From Utricularia gibba (Eukaryota; Plantae; Magnoliophyta), in assembly GCA_002189035.1 (NCBI GenBank), contig NEEC01000004.1, positions 1,116,001 to 1,180,000 on the forward strand: 64,000 nucleotides of DNA, in the 5' to 3' direction. A program made the position numbers and the translations under genes. The notes under the pieces were generated by a model that searched no databases, had not been told where the DNA came from, and was given only the letters and a program-made list of their open reading frames with translations. The first letter of the stretch is position 1. Each line of letters begins with the position of its first letter. This document shows, piece after piece, positions 49,083 to 61,466 of this stretch.

Positions 49083-49426
49083 TAGGGCTGCAAGCTCGAG
49101 CCGAGCCGAGCTTTCCGGTAAATTTCGAGCTCGAGCTCGAGCTCGATTGTATATTTTTAGGCTCGAGCTCGAACTCAAGCTCGCTGAGCCCAAGAAAACT
49201 TGGCTCGAACTCGGGCTCGATTCAAGCCCAAAAATATGCATCGAGCCTAAAAATGCATTTCGAGCCCAAAAATATGCCTTCTCGAGCCCAAAAATTTGCC
49301 TCATCGAGCCTCGAGCCTTGGAATGCAAAGCTCGAGCTCGACTGTTGTTAAATCGAGCTGTAGTCGAGTTGAGCTTGAGCCGACTCGAAAAAGATCGCGA
49401 GCCGGCTCGACTTGTTTACACCCCTA
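49083..49426. mobile_element. Non-autonomous hAT-type DNA transposon (MITE), 344 bp
   Basis: Imperfect TIRs TAGGGCTGCAAG ... TTTACACCCCTA. Perfect 8-bp TSD TGGTAAAC (49075-49082 and 49427-49434), the TSD length typical of hAT. Interior packed with CTCGAG/GAGCTCGA/GAGCC subterminal motifs. Confidence 0.85.
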
Positions 49427-50424
49427 TGGTAAACCTTGTTTTTCAGCTTGTTTTACATATTACAGTTAGCCCAATATTTATAGGGAGGGATTGTGTCCGT
49501 CGTGAGTTACTGTACTTTGAACGCCACAGCGGCGGACGATAAAGGAGAAGTGAAGAATGCGGCTGATCCTGGTGCCCCTGCATTTGTTCTCTTCGGAATA
49601 ACGGGTTGACGGGTCGAACCCGTACCCGTCCACCTCTACGTACGGTACCCGTTTAGTGACGGGTTGATTCATTACGGGTCAATCTGTGGGTCGGACGGGT
49701 TGACCCGGACTCGTACCCAGCTCTAGTTTGCTCTGAACGAGTCAAGGAGGGGCCTTCAGCCAATGCCTCTTGATTCGTACATTACTGCGTTGCCCTTCGT
49801 TGGGTCGCCGGCGTTGACTCAGTGGAAGACCATGCTTGCTTACTGACATCTAGAAACGCGAATTTGAAGATTGTTGATCATGTTATTACATCCAAACACT
49901 AGGGAAAATTGGGTCGGGAAAGGCGGTTTCAAAGCACGCTGTCGGTATCGGACGTTGTACTGTACAGAAAGAGGTGGATTTTATAATTTATTTATGCTTT
50001 TGATAGAATTAAATTATGTAATGATTATTATTAAGTTCATTTTCTTAGAAGAAATAATTTTACATTAAGAAATTAAAATAAAATAGTAAAATATGTATAT
50101 TACATTGAATAATAAGTGGCTTGGTGTAATTAATATTTTCTATATACTTGGATTTTACACGTTTTTATTTAATCTACCATATTTTTAATTTCAACACACA
50201 TTTTACGTGAGTAGGAATAAAAAAATGAATACTCACGCTTTTGAAAATAATAGAGAATTAAAAGCTATTTTGCATAAACTCGGGATCTGAAAATATTAAA
50301 TCATGAAGACCATTTCAACGGGTTGTTCATGTCCCCAGCGGCATAGATAAATAGCTAGCCACTACGCGTCTCTTCCTCACTCTGCAACCATTTTTTCTTC
50401 GGCAGAACAAACACACACACACAC

Positions 50425-53400
50425 ATGAGAATGGCGGCCGGCTACCTGCTCATATGTTGGGTTCTAGTGTTGCTCGACTTGTGGCCGGAGAATGCGCTGG
50501 CGGCGGTGGTTCCAGTGGGAGTCGGGGTGGTGCTCGACATGAGTACAGAGGTTGGGAAGATGAGTTTGGGTTCCATGAACATAGCTTTGGCAGACTTCTA
50601 CGCTGAAAATCCACAATTTGTGACGAGGTTGGTTCTAACTACGAGGGACTCCGCCGGAGACGTGGTGGCTGCAGCCTCATCAGGTGAGTCTGCGCGTACC
50701 TCAACATTTTACCAAACTGAATACGATTTCTCTTCCCTTCTAGAACTTGGGATTCAGGTCAAAAAACTCTGCTTGGTGGGAGTTTCATAAGAAAGTGGAT
50801 TATTGTTAAGTTATTTACGATGATGGATTTAGAGTTAGACAAGGACCCTAAACTATAGAGTTAAGCCAATTCATATTTTTAATTGTTATTATAATTTTAT
50901 AGATGCCTACATTATTGATTTATAATTTATCATACACAGTTGTAGACTTGTTGGAAAATGTTCGAGTTACAGCAATTATCGGACCACTAAAATCGACTGA
51001 GGCTAACTTTGTGATACATATTGGTGGTAAAGCACAAGTGCCCATTGTATCATTTACCGCTACAAGTCCTTCACTCACATCCATTCGAAGCCCATACTTT
51101 TTTAGAACTGCTTTGAGCGACTCTTCACAAGTGGATGCTATAAGTGCCATAATTGAGGCTTTTAGTTGGAGAGAAGTTTCCTTGGTTTACGTTGATGATG
51201 AGTTTGGACAAGGAATGGTTCCCTTTTTGAGTGATGCTTTGGAACAAATAGATGTTCGCATTCCTTATAGAAGTGGGATTCCTTCATCCGCAACTGATGA
51301 TCAGATTGTTGCTGAGCTTAATAAGCTAATGACTATGCAAACCCGAGTTTTTATTGTTCACATGACAAAGGTTCTTGGTTCCCGCTTCTTCCTAAAAGTT
51401 CAGCAACTTGGAATGATGAGCGAAGAATATGTCTGGATTATAACTGACGCATTGGCAAATCCATTGAATACCTTGAATCCGGATGTCTTGGAGTCCATGG
51501 TGGGAGTCTTGGGAGTGAGACCGTATGTTGGAAAAACGACAAAGCTTGAGAAATTTCGTGCACATTACAAAAGACAATTTCGCCAGCATAATGGATCTAT
51601 GGAACTCACAGTTTTTGGCTTATGGGCGTATGACACTATAACTGCACTAGCCATGGCAACTGAACAAGTTTCAGCATCCATCAGAAATGAAACATTTTCA
51701 ATGCCAAATTTCTCAAGTAATGCCACTGACCTTAAAAAGTTGAGGGTGTCAAGTGCTGGATTCCATCTTATTAAAGCACTGTCAAACACAACATTTCAAG
51801 GCTTGGCAGGGAGATTTAGATTGATTAATCAACAACTTCAATCTCCTCCTTATGAGGTGGTTAACATAGTTGGTCCAGGAGCAAGGATAGTGGGATATTG
51901 GACCAAAGAAGGTGGTATTACTCAAGAACTCAAATCAACAGGTGAAGTCTCTACATCAAAGAGTAAATTCAAGTCCATTATATGGCCGGGAGATAAAATC
52001 TCTCCACCAAAAGGTTGGGTGTTACCCGTAAATGAAAAAAAACTTCGAATTTTGGTACCAGTAAAGCATGGATTTACCGAATTTGTGGATGTCTTAACAA
52101 AAATACAAGGATTTTCCATTGATGTTTTTGATGCAGTTATAAAAGCATTACCATATGGTATATCATATGAGTATATCCCCTTTTATTCAACAAACGAAAA
52201 CATTTCTCATACATATAATGACATGGTGTATCAAGTATATCTCAAGGTAATTGTGTTTTCATATACTTCTCAACGTTTTAGCTCTCTAAATTGACTGTGA
52301 TTGTTTGAATGATCAGAATTATGATGCTGCAGTGGGTGATATCACAATCATAGCAAATCGATCACGATTTGTTGACTTCTCACTTCCTTATTCAGAAGCT
52401 GGTATTTCTATGCTTGTTCCTTATATTAACAAGAACAACAACAAAGCATGGTTATTTCTAAAGCCACTCACATGGCAACTTTGGTTAACAAGCTTCTTCT
52501 CATTCATAGCCATTGCTATTGTGATATGGATTCTAGAACACAGAGAGATGAAAACTGACTTTAAGGGTACTCTTCATCACCAAGCAGGCATGCTATTGTG
52601 GTATTCATTTTCAACTATGGTCTTTTCTCAAAGTAAGTTATTAATACAAGTATAGATATGCACTTTTGAATATTTGAATTTTCTCTTGATTGTTTTTAAT
52701 GTATTTTTGCAGGGGAGAACATAAGAAACAACTTTGCAAGAATAATTATGATCTTATGGTTTTTTGTTATTCTTATTCTAACACAAAGCTACACAGCAAA
52801 TTTGGCATCACTTTTAACTGTGCAACAACTACAACCTTCTTTCACAGATATCAAAACACTTATCCAAACTCATGCTTATGTGGGCTATCAAAAAGGATCC
52901 TTTATGTTTGAATTTCTCTTGAACAACAATTTCAGCCCATCAAGATTGTTACCTTACCGCAGTATAGAGGAACTCAACGAATTGTTCATCAAGGGAAGTG
53001 GAAATGGAGGCATTGCAGCTGCTCTTGATGAAATTCCATTCTTAAAACTCTTCTTGTCCCATCATTGTTCAAAATACACTATAACCGGTCCTGTATACAA
53101 AACAGGCGGCTTCGGATTCGTAAGTAAAAAGACACAAAGTTTATTCCTTTCCTTTCTGCTATGGATGGTACTCATGTGTGCATTATGCTTGGTTGTAGGC
53201 GTTTCCAACCGGGTCTCCATTGGTGTCCGACATTTCGAAGGCGGTACTCAATGTTACTGAGAGTGACGGCATGTTTCTGATAGAAAAAAAATCATTTGGA
53301 GATTCAAGGGAATGTTCAAATGCCCCGTTATCTACCAACGATAGCCTTGGTCTGGAAAGCTTCTGGGCGCTTTTTGCGATCGTGGGCGCAATTGCAGCAT

Positions 53401-53591
53401 TCTTCGTTACTGTTTCCGTACTCACTTTTCTATATCAACAACGAGACTCACTCCACCCACAGGTTTCGTCAGTGTGGTGTAGAATAACAAAGTTGCTGCA
53501 GAAGTTCTTCGTCAAGAGCCATCAGCAAGTACCTACAGCACCTTCGCCATTGGGCAATGGCCAACCTAGTAGCACAAACAGCATTCATTAG
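50425..53591 (+). CDS. GLR2: Glutamate receptor-like channel, clade II, copy A (exons 50425-50683, 50940-52246, 52317-52632, 52713-53119, 53199-53591)
   Basis: Signal peptide + VGVVLD, LIVBP-like ATD (AIIGP, AQVPIVSFTATSP), S1 YDAAVGDITIIANRS..VDFSLPY, M1-M3 with WYSFSTMVF and SYTANLASLLTV, S2 DEIP and GGFGFAFP.GSPLVSD.S.A.LNVTE. Typical five-exon clade-II structure. Confidence 0.93.
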
Positions 53592-56357
53592 ATGTAATGG
53601 ACATTCAAAACGATGATGATTCAAATGTAGCGTTAAAACCTGCAGTAGATCGTGCTAATGGGTATACGAAAGTTGTACGCAATTGATATTAGGTAAAAAC
53701 TTTGATAGTAAAAATAAAAAAATAGATTTCTAGATTTAATGTGATTCATTCTAAAAAAGTAGTTATTCACATATCTAATTTTGAGAAAAATTCAATATTT
53801 ATCATATTAAATACAATAAATTTATTTTGGTAAATTATCGGATTTTAATTTTTTTTTTATCTTTTTTTTTCGAAAATTATATAGTACGATAAACACGAAT
53901 ATAAAACAATACTATCTTTTTTCTTTTTTTATTCTAACCTCAAAAATCGAAAAACTAACTCAAAACATCTAAAATGATATAAGATTGAATCTCATATCTG
54001 GAAGTAACCCACCCTTCAGCCGACGGTACCAATCATCCCTCACCAACCGCATTTTTTTATTTTTTTATTTTTTAATGTGGGCCCACATGGAGTGATCGTA
54101 ACTTGGACAAAACTCATTAGAGACACTCTACAAATGAAGATCAAGTTCATTCTGTTTACAAAATTTTTCATCGTTTTTATTTAAATTCAAATAAATTTAT
54201 CTTTTTTTTTTCTGATCTCGTCAACTAAACGCACATCAAAATTCAAATGTCTAAAACAGAGAAAAGTGCTCTTAATACACAACATGATATTTTTATTCGG
54301 TATTAAACACAGTGTTGGGGTTAGCACCAAAAAGCATATCTTATACGTGCAACATGAAGGACCACGAAAACTAGAGGTCCAAATAACTTTTGAAGTTGCT
54401 TACATTTTTGTTTTGAAAGGAATATCATAATTTTAGACAATTATATTCAATAAAAAAATTTATATTGAATATTTATTTCTTGATTTACTTTTCTGGTGAT
54501 CTCTTGACCGAATCTTCTCATGAGCCCGAGAAGATGGAGGCGACGTTAGGGCAATTTCCAACAGACTTCGGAATTATTGTGTTTGGTAAGGCAGATTATT
54601 ATTCATCATCTTTAACCTATGTGTATTAGAAAGAATTCTAATGAATCTTTTTGATATCACCATATTCGAATATTGCTTAAACATACTCAGTCTCATAGAA
54701 TACATGTTGATAAAATTTCTAACGATCACAATATAATCCATAGTTTCACTAATCATATGACCCATATATATATATTTTTTTTTTTGTAGAAACTAGACAT
54801 TACAAAAATGTTCACCATTATTGAAAATGGATTAAGTAAGACGATCATTAATACAAACTTAAAAAAGACTTTGGATCAATGCACTACCAGGGTCAATATT
54901 CTCCCAAAAATTAAGAAGAAAGTATTGTAAATAAATACATGTTCTTATGTTGCTAGGAAAAAAGCTCTAACTCATATTTTAAAAAAAAAAAAGAAAAAAT
55001 TTGTTGTGTGCTTCACACCCACTTCCTGATTCTGCAGGCTGGATGGGTATAGACTGCTTGGTGACATTTGTTGTCAAGGGGAGAGCCTGATATATTGATC
55101 GGATCAAAATACACTCATGTATAATCATATATCAAATACGGGTAAATACTTTAATGTATGTTGAAATCCATCTAAACCCACATATCAAACACGTTCTTAG
55201 TGTTTCGATTACCTTCTTTGTGGTTATATTAGTTTCACTGTTATTAAACTTTTTTTTTTTGTTTTTGAAAGCTATATTAACTTTATAATATCACTAGAAA
55301 ATAAATCATAGAAAATGGGATACAATGTTTAAATAATATGACCCTTATTTTGTTGTCTACAAAGCTCACTCTACTTTTAAGCATCTTTTTTACTCCTAGA
55401 ATTCTTGAGCAACACGTTTTTCTGTTTTTTTTCCCCTTTTTTTGACTTATTGAATGCCAACTACCCATTTGAATATTATTTCTATGGAAGTCATCACCAC
55501 CAATCAATTTCCTCTGAATAAAACAAAAGTTCCAAATTAAACATAAAAAAAATTATATTTGGAGTTCTTGTTCCATGGAAAGAATGAAGTCTAGATCGCA
55601 AACTTGACCACGCCTTCAAATTTGAACCAATATTCATTCTTTGTTGTTAAATCTAACAACCTCAAAGAAAAAATCGTAACCAATCCATTCAAATATGAAA
55701 CCCCTAATTTTGGGTTTGCGAGGTTGTTTTAAATTTAAGATATGGTTTAAGATAAAATATAATTTATAGATTTAAATTTGAAATGATGGTTCTAAGTAAG
55801 ATAAGGTATGCAAAATTTATTACTTTTTTATTGATACTTAAATTTTAAATTTGGTATATTAAGTTGCTTATTCGTAATTAAGTATTTTTTAAAAATATAT
55901 TACTTTTATTTGTATTTCATAAATAAATTTTTATTTTAAATACGAATACATCAAAATTTAGTAAATTTTCACCCTGGTAGTATTCCCGATCTGCTGACCC
56001 GGAATTGTGTATCATACATAGCTCTGAAGTCTGAACTAGTCAAGAAGTGGCCTTCAGCCAATGGGGTCTGTTGATTAGTAAATTATTGCATCACCCTTCT
56101 GTGGGTCCCCAAAGTTGACTAATATGAAGACCATGCTCGCCTCCTCACATCTAGAAACGCCCATTTGATGATTGTTGATCGTGTTATTACAGCCAACACT
56201 GGGGAATCGAATTCATGTTGCAGAAACTCTGGATCTGAAATATTCAACCCTCAAGACCATTTCAACTGGTTCTTCATGACCCCACCGGGATAGATAAATA
56301 GCTACTTCACATCTCTTCGTACACCCATTTTTTTCCAGAGAACAGACGCACAGACAC

Positions 56358-59300
56358 ATGAGAACGGCGGCCGGCTACCTGCTCTTGTGTTGGGTTCTAG
56401 TGTTACTCGACTTTTCGCCGGAGAATGTGCTGGCGGCGGTGGTTCTGGTGAGGGTCGGGGTGGTGCTCGACATGAGTACGGAGGTTGGGAAGATGAGTTT
56501 GGGTTCCATGAACATAGCTTTGGCAGACTTCTACGCCGAGAATCCACAATTTCAGACGAGGTTGGTTCTTACTACGAGGGACTCCGCCGGAGACGTTGTC
56601 GCTGCAGCCTCATCAGGTGTGTACCTCAACATTTAACCAAACTGAGCACGATTTCTCTTCCTTTCTGAAGCATGGGTTAATAAAGTGGATTACTGTTGCT
56701 TTCATTTAGTCAAGTCATTTATGATGATGGTTTTAGAGTTTAGACACGGAACCTAAACTATAGATTGAGACCATAGATCATTGGGGGTTATATACCATGC
56801 TAATTAATTGTTCTCAATGTATCATTAATTTTTAATTTATGATATACAGTTGTAGACTTATTGAAAAATATTCAAGTTAAGGCGATTATCGGACCACTAA
56901 AATCGACGGAGGCTAACTTCATGATACATCTTGGTGGTAAAGCACAAGTGCCGATTATATCATTTACTGCTACAAGTCCTTCACTCACATCCATTCGAAG
57001 CCCATACTTTTTTAGAACTGCTTTGAGCGACTCTTCCCAAGTAGATGCCATAAGCGCCATAATTGAGGCTTTTAGTTGGAGAGAAGTCTCCTTGGTTTAC
57101 GTTGATGATGAGTTTGGACAAGGAATGGTTCCCTTTTTGAGTGATGCTTTGGAACAAATAGATGTTCGCATTCCTTATAGAAGTGGGATTCCTTCATCCG
57201 CAACTGATGATCAGATTGCTGCTGAGCTTAATAAGCTAATGACTATGCAAACCCGAGTTTTTATTGTTCACATGACAAAGGTTCTTGGTTCCCGCTTCTT
57301 CCTAAAAGTTCAGCAACTTGGAATGATGAGCGAAGAATATGTCTGGATTATAACTGACGCATTGACAAATCCATTGAATACCTTGAATCCGGATGTCTTG
57401 GAGTCCATGGTGGGAGTCTTGGGAGTGAGACCGTATGTTGGAAAAACGACAAAGCTTGAGAAATTTCGTGCACGTTACAAAAGACAATTTCACCAGCATA
57501 ATGGATCTATGGAACTCACAGTTTTTGGCTTATGGGCGTATGACACTATAACTGCACTAGCCATGGCAACTGAACAAGTTTCAGCATCTATCAGAAATGA
57601 AACTCTCTTAATGCCAAATGTTTCAAGTAATGCCACTGACCTTAAAAAGTTGAGGGTGTCAAGTGCTGGATTCCATCTTATTAAAGCACTGTCAAATACA
57701 ACATTTCAAGGATTGGCTGGGAGCTTTAAATTGATTAATCAACAACTTCAGTCTCCGCCTTATGAGGTGGTTAACATAGTTGGTCCAGGAGCAAGAGTAG
57801 TAGGATATTGGACTAAAGAAGGTGGTATTACTCAAGAACTCAAATCAACAGGTGAAGTCTCTACATCAAAGGGTAAATTCAAGTCCATTATATGGCCGGG
57901 AGATAAAATCTCTCCACCAAAAGGTTGGGTGTTACCCGTAAATGAAAAAAAACTTCGAATTTTGGTACCAGAAAAACATGGATTTACCGAATTCGTCGAT
58001 GTTTCAACAAAAGTACAAGGGTTTTCTATTGATGTTTTTGATGCAGTTATAAGAGCACTACCATTTGGTGTATCATATGAGTACATCCCCTTTTCCACAA
58101 CAAATCCAAACACTTCTGACACATATAACGACATGGTATACCAAGTATATCTCAAGGTAATTGTGTTTTCATATTCTTCTCAAAAGTTCAGCTCTCTAAA
58201 TTGAATTTGACTGTTTGAATGATGAACAGAATTATGATGCTGCAGTGGGTGATATAACAATCATAGCAAATCGATCACGATTTGTTGACTTCTCACTTCC
58301 ATATACAGAATCTGGTGTTTCTATGCTTGTTCCTTACGTTAAGAAGAACAACAACAAAGCATGGTTATTTACAAAGCCACTTACATGGAAACTTTGGTTA
58401 ACTAGCTTCTGCTCATTCATAGTCATTGCTATTGTGATATGGATTCTAGAACACAGAGAAACGGATACCGACTTTAAGGGCACTGTTTGGCACCAAGGAG
58501 TCAGTGTATTGTGGTATTCATTCTCAACTATGTCATTTTGTCAAAGTAAGTTGTTAATACAAGTGTAGGTATGTGATTTTGAATATTTGAGTTTTCTCTT
58601 GATTGTTTTTAATGCATTTTTGCAGGGGAGAACATAAAAAACCCTTTTGCGAGAGTAGTTATGATCTTATGGTTCTTTCTTGTTCTTATTCTAATACAAA
58701 GTTACACAGCAAATTTGGCATCACTTTTAACTGTGCCACAACTACAACCTTCTATCCCAGATATGAAAACACTTGTCCAAACTCATGCTTATGTGGGTTA
58801 TCAAAAAGGATCATTTTTGTTGGAATTTCTCTTGAACAACAATTTCAGCCCATCAAGATTGATAACCTACACAAGCATGGAGGAGCTCAACGAGTTGTTC
58901 ATGAAGGGGAGTGGAAACGGAGGCATTGCTGCCGCTTTTGATGAAACTCCATACTTAAAACTCTTCTTGTCCCATCATTGTTCAAAATACACTTTAACCG
59001 GTCCTGTATACAAAACAGGAGGCTTTGGATTCGTAAGTAAAAAGACATAAAACTCATTACTTTCCTTTCTGCTCTGGATGTTACTTATGCGTGCATTATG
59101 CTTGGTTGTAGGTGTTTCCAACCGGGTCTCCATTGGTGTCCGACATTTCGAAGGCGGTACTCAATGTTACTGAGAGTGACGGCATGTTTCTGATAGAAAA
59201 AAAATCATTTGGGGATTCAAGGGAATGTTCAAATGCCGAACTATCTACCAATGATAGCCTTGGTCTGGAAAGCTTCTGGGCGCTATTTGCGATTGTGGGT

Positions 59301-59450
59301 GGATTCGCGGCATTCTTCATTATACTCATTTTCCTATATCAACAACGAGACTCATTCCGCCTGCAGGGTTCATCAGTGTGGCGTAGAATAAAAAAGTTGC
59401 TGCAGAGGTTCTTCGTCAAGAGCCAGCAGCAAGTAGCCCCAACTTCCTGA
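56358..59450 (+). CDS. GLR2: Glutamate receptor-like channel, clade II, copy B (exons 56358-56616, 56850-58156, 58230-58545, 58626-59032, 59112-59450)
   Basis: Same architecture and in-frame junctions as copy A; shorter C-terminal tail. Confidence 0.93.
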
Positions 59451-61089
59451 ATCTACTACATTACCAACACACGGCCAAACCAGGTAGCAGAAACAGCATT
59501 CAGTAGATGCAATGAACATTCTAAATGATAATGAAGGAAATCGTGCTAATGGGTGTAATGTTCACTTTGGCAATCCTACAATTGTATCCGTTTGGCCTAC
59601 AAAAGTTGTATCTTTGACAAAATTCATCATAGACACTCTAAACCCATATCCAGATCGGTTGGAATTAGGGAGGTGGAATTCGATTTGATCCATGAAGGAA
59701 GGAAAGTTGTCCTCGTATAAAAAAAATACAAGTTTTGAAATTTGAATTACATACTCAAAATTATGTCTTTTTTGTGGGTTTTTACAGTTGGCAAGTAAAC
59801 CACATCAAGCTCAATCAAATTCACGGTGTCGTGATATGATTCTCAAGAATAATACATGAACAGATAATCGAGGTTGCATGAACCAGAAAAATTGTTCAAC
59901 TTGAATAATTATAATATATTAAAATAAAAAATTTCAAAATAAAAAATGAAATAATTAAGTACGTAATATATGATACATAATTTGTAATCAGATGTATTTA
60001 ATTTTTTTAATATTATATGCATTTCTTATGTAATTGAAGTTTACGTCTATTCATTTGAATCCATTGAATATTTAATTCAATATACTATCAAGCTGTTTTA
60101 CTTACGGTACAATTTAGATATTCAAGATGAATTTCATATTGGTCTGAGTTTAGAATAAAAAAAAAAGAAGATATATTAATTAGACAATAATAATTAAATC
60201 AATGATCCAAATATTACCTATAATAAAAAAAGTTTAAATCGAATCAAATACCAATTCAATTTGGAGGTGGACATTACAATAAACAATCAAATATTAAAAA
60301 ATAAAAATTGAAATATTCAAATATAAAATATTATATATTATTAATTATTAATTATATCTCATTTTTTAATACAATATACTTTTATGTATTTGAACTCCAT
60401 ATACTCATTCAAACATTGAATTTTTAATTCTGCACAACACAAAACAAAAACATAGGTTGAAGAAGGGATTCCTTCCTTAATAGCACGCGAACACAGCCCC
60501 TTACAACACTTCAAATATACATACCTAAACGGTTACAAAAGGCATCATTGTTTTAGCAGAAACTGAAAGAATAACTCTTTACTGACAGCTGGCGCACAAC
60601 CGGCTATGAAACAGCACTATGCCCAACTGGTTAAAACAATATATAGGAAGCACCAAAAAATCATATCTTATATGCAACATGAAGGACCATGAAAGCTAAA
60701 GGTCCATGGATCAAACGTCACCTAACATGCTTATACCAAAACCATGGTTTTGAAGATGAGGAAATATTTAATGTTTTAAATGACCAAAAAAAAACCATGA
60801 ATTGCTTATACGAATAGTTTGCGGTTTGATCGATTCAATAATTTAATTCAATCAATATTATGAAAAATTCTAGTTCGATATAATAAAACTACGATTTAAT
60901 CGTGATTTTTTAAACGCTCCAAAATATGATTTAGTTACCAAGAAAAAACTCTACACCCTAATTTCCCTTCGGTTAAATCGCAAAAATGTAAACCACCAAA
61001 CATCCTTTTCTTTTCTTTTTTTTTTTTTGGTTTGCTGAATTGATGATCTGAATATTATATTTCTGTTGGGAAGCACCAATAAGGTTGCG

Positions 61090-61101
61090 TTGACTAGTCA
61101 A
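61090..61101. promoter_or_regulatory. Palindromic double W-box upstream of GLR copy C
   Basis: TTGACTAGTCAA is two inverted TTGACT W-boxes, ~370 bp upstream of the ATG. Confidence 0.5.
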
Positions 61102-61466
61102 AGGTACGACTTTACACCAAGTGATTCATGAATTATTTCGTTACTCCGAGGATTATTCTAACATTATGAACTAATATTCTCGTTTCACGCACTTGGGGCC
61201 AAATGATTAGGCTAAAGAATATGTTTTTTAGGATGGATTGGGTTGTCCGTAGGAGCAAATGTGTTCTTCAAAAAAGAAAAAAAAAAGACATCAATTCCGT
61301 ATTACACCGGATAGGTTCCGACACAAAGCTTTCTTGAAGTAGAACTTTGATGCGTTCGTGTGGTTACAAATATTCAACCGCCAAAGTCAACTAGAAGAGT
61401 TATTTCTATGGCGACGCCCTTGGAGAGAGGGAGAGTTGTTCATGTGCAATGCATTTCTTCTGCAAA

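Noticed and set aside
48942-49542. ORFs 48942-49328 and 49147-49542, and a CRISPR-like look of the GAGCTC repeats
   Set aside because: They arise from the subterminal repeats of the hAT MITE. There is no regular repeat-spacer period and the context is eukaryotic.
50411-50424. (AC)7 microsatellite abutting the GLR-A start codon
   Set aside because: Short repeats are common in plant 5' UTRs; at most a marker.
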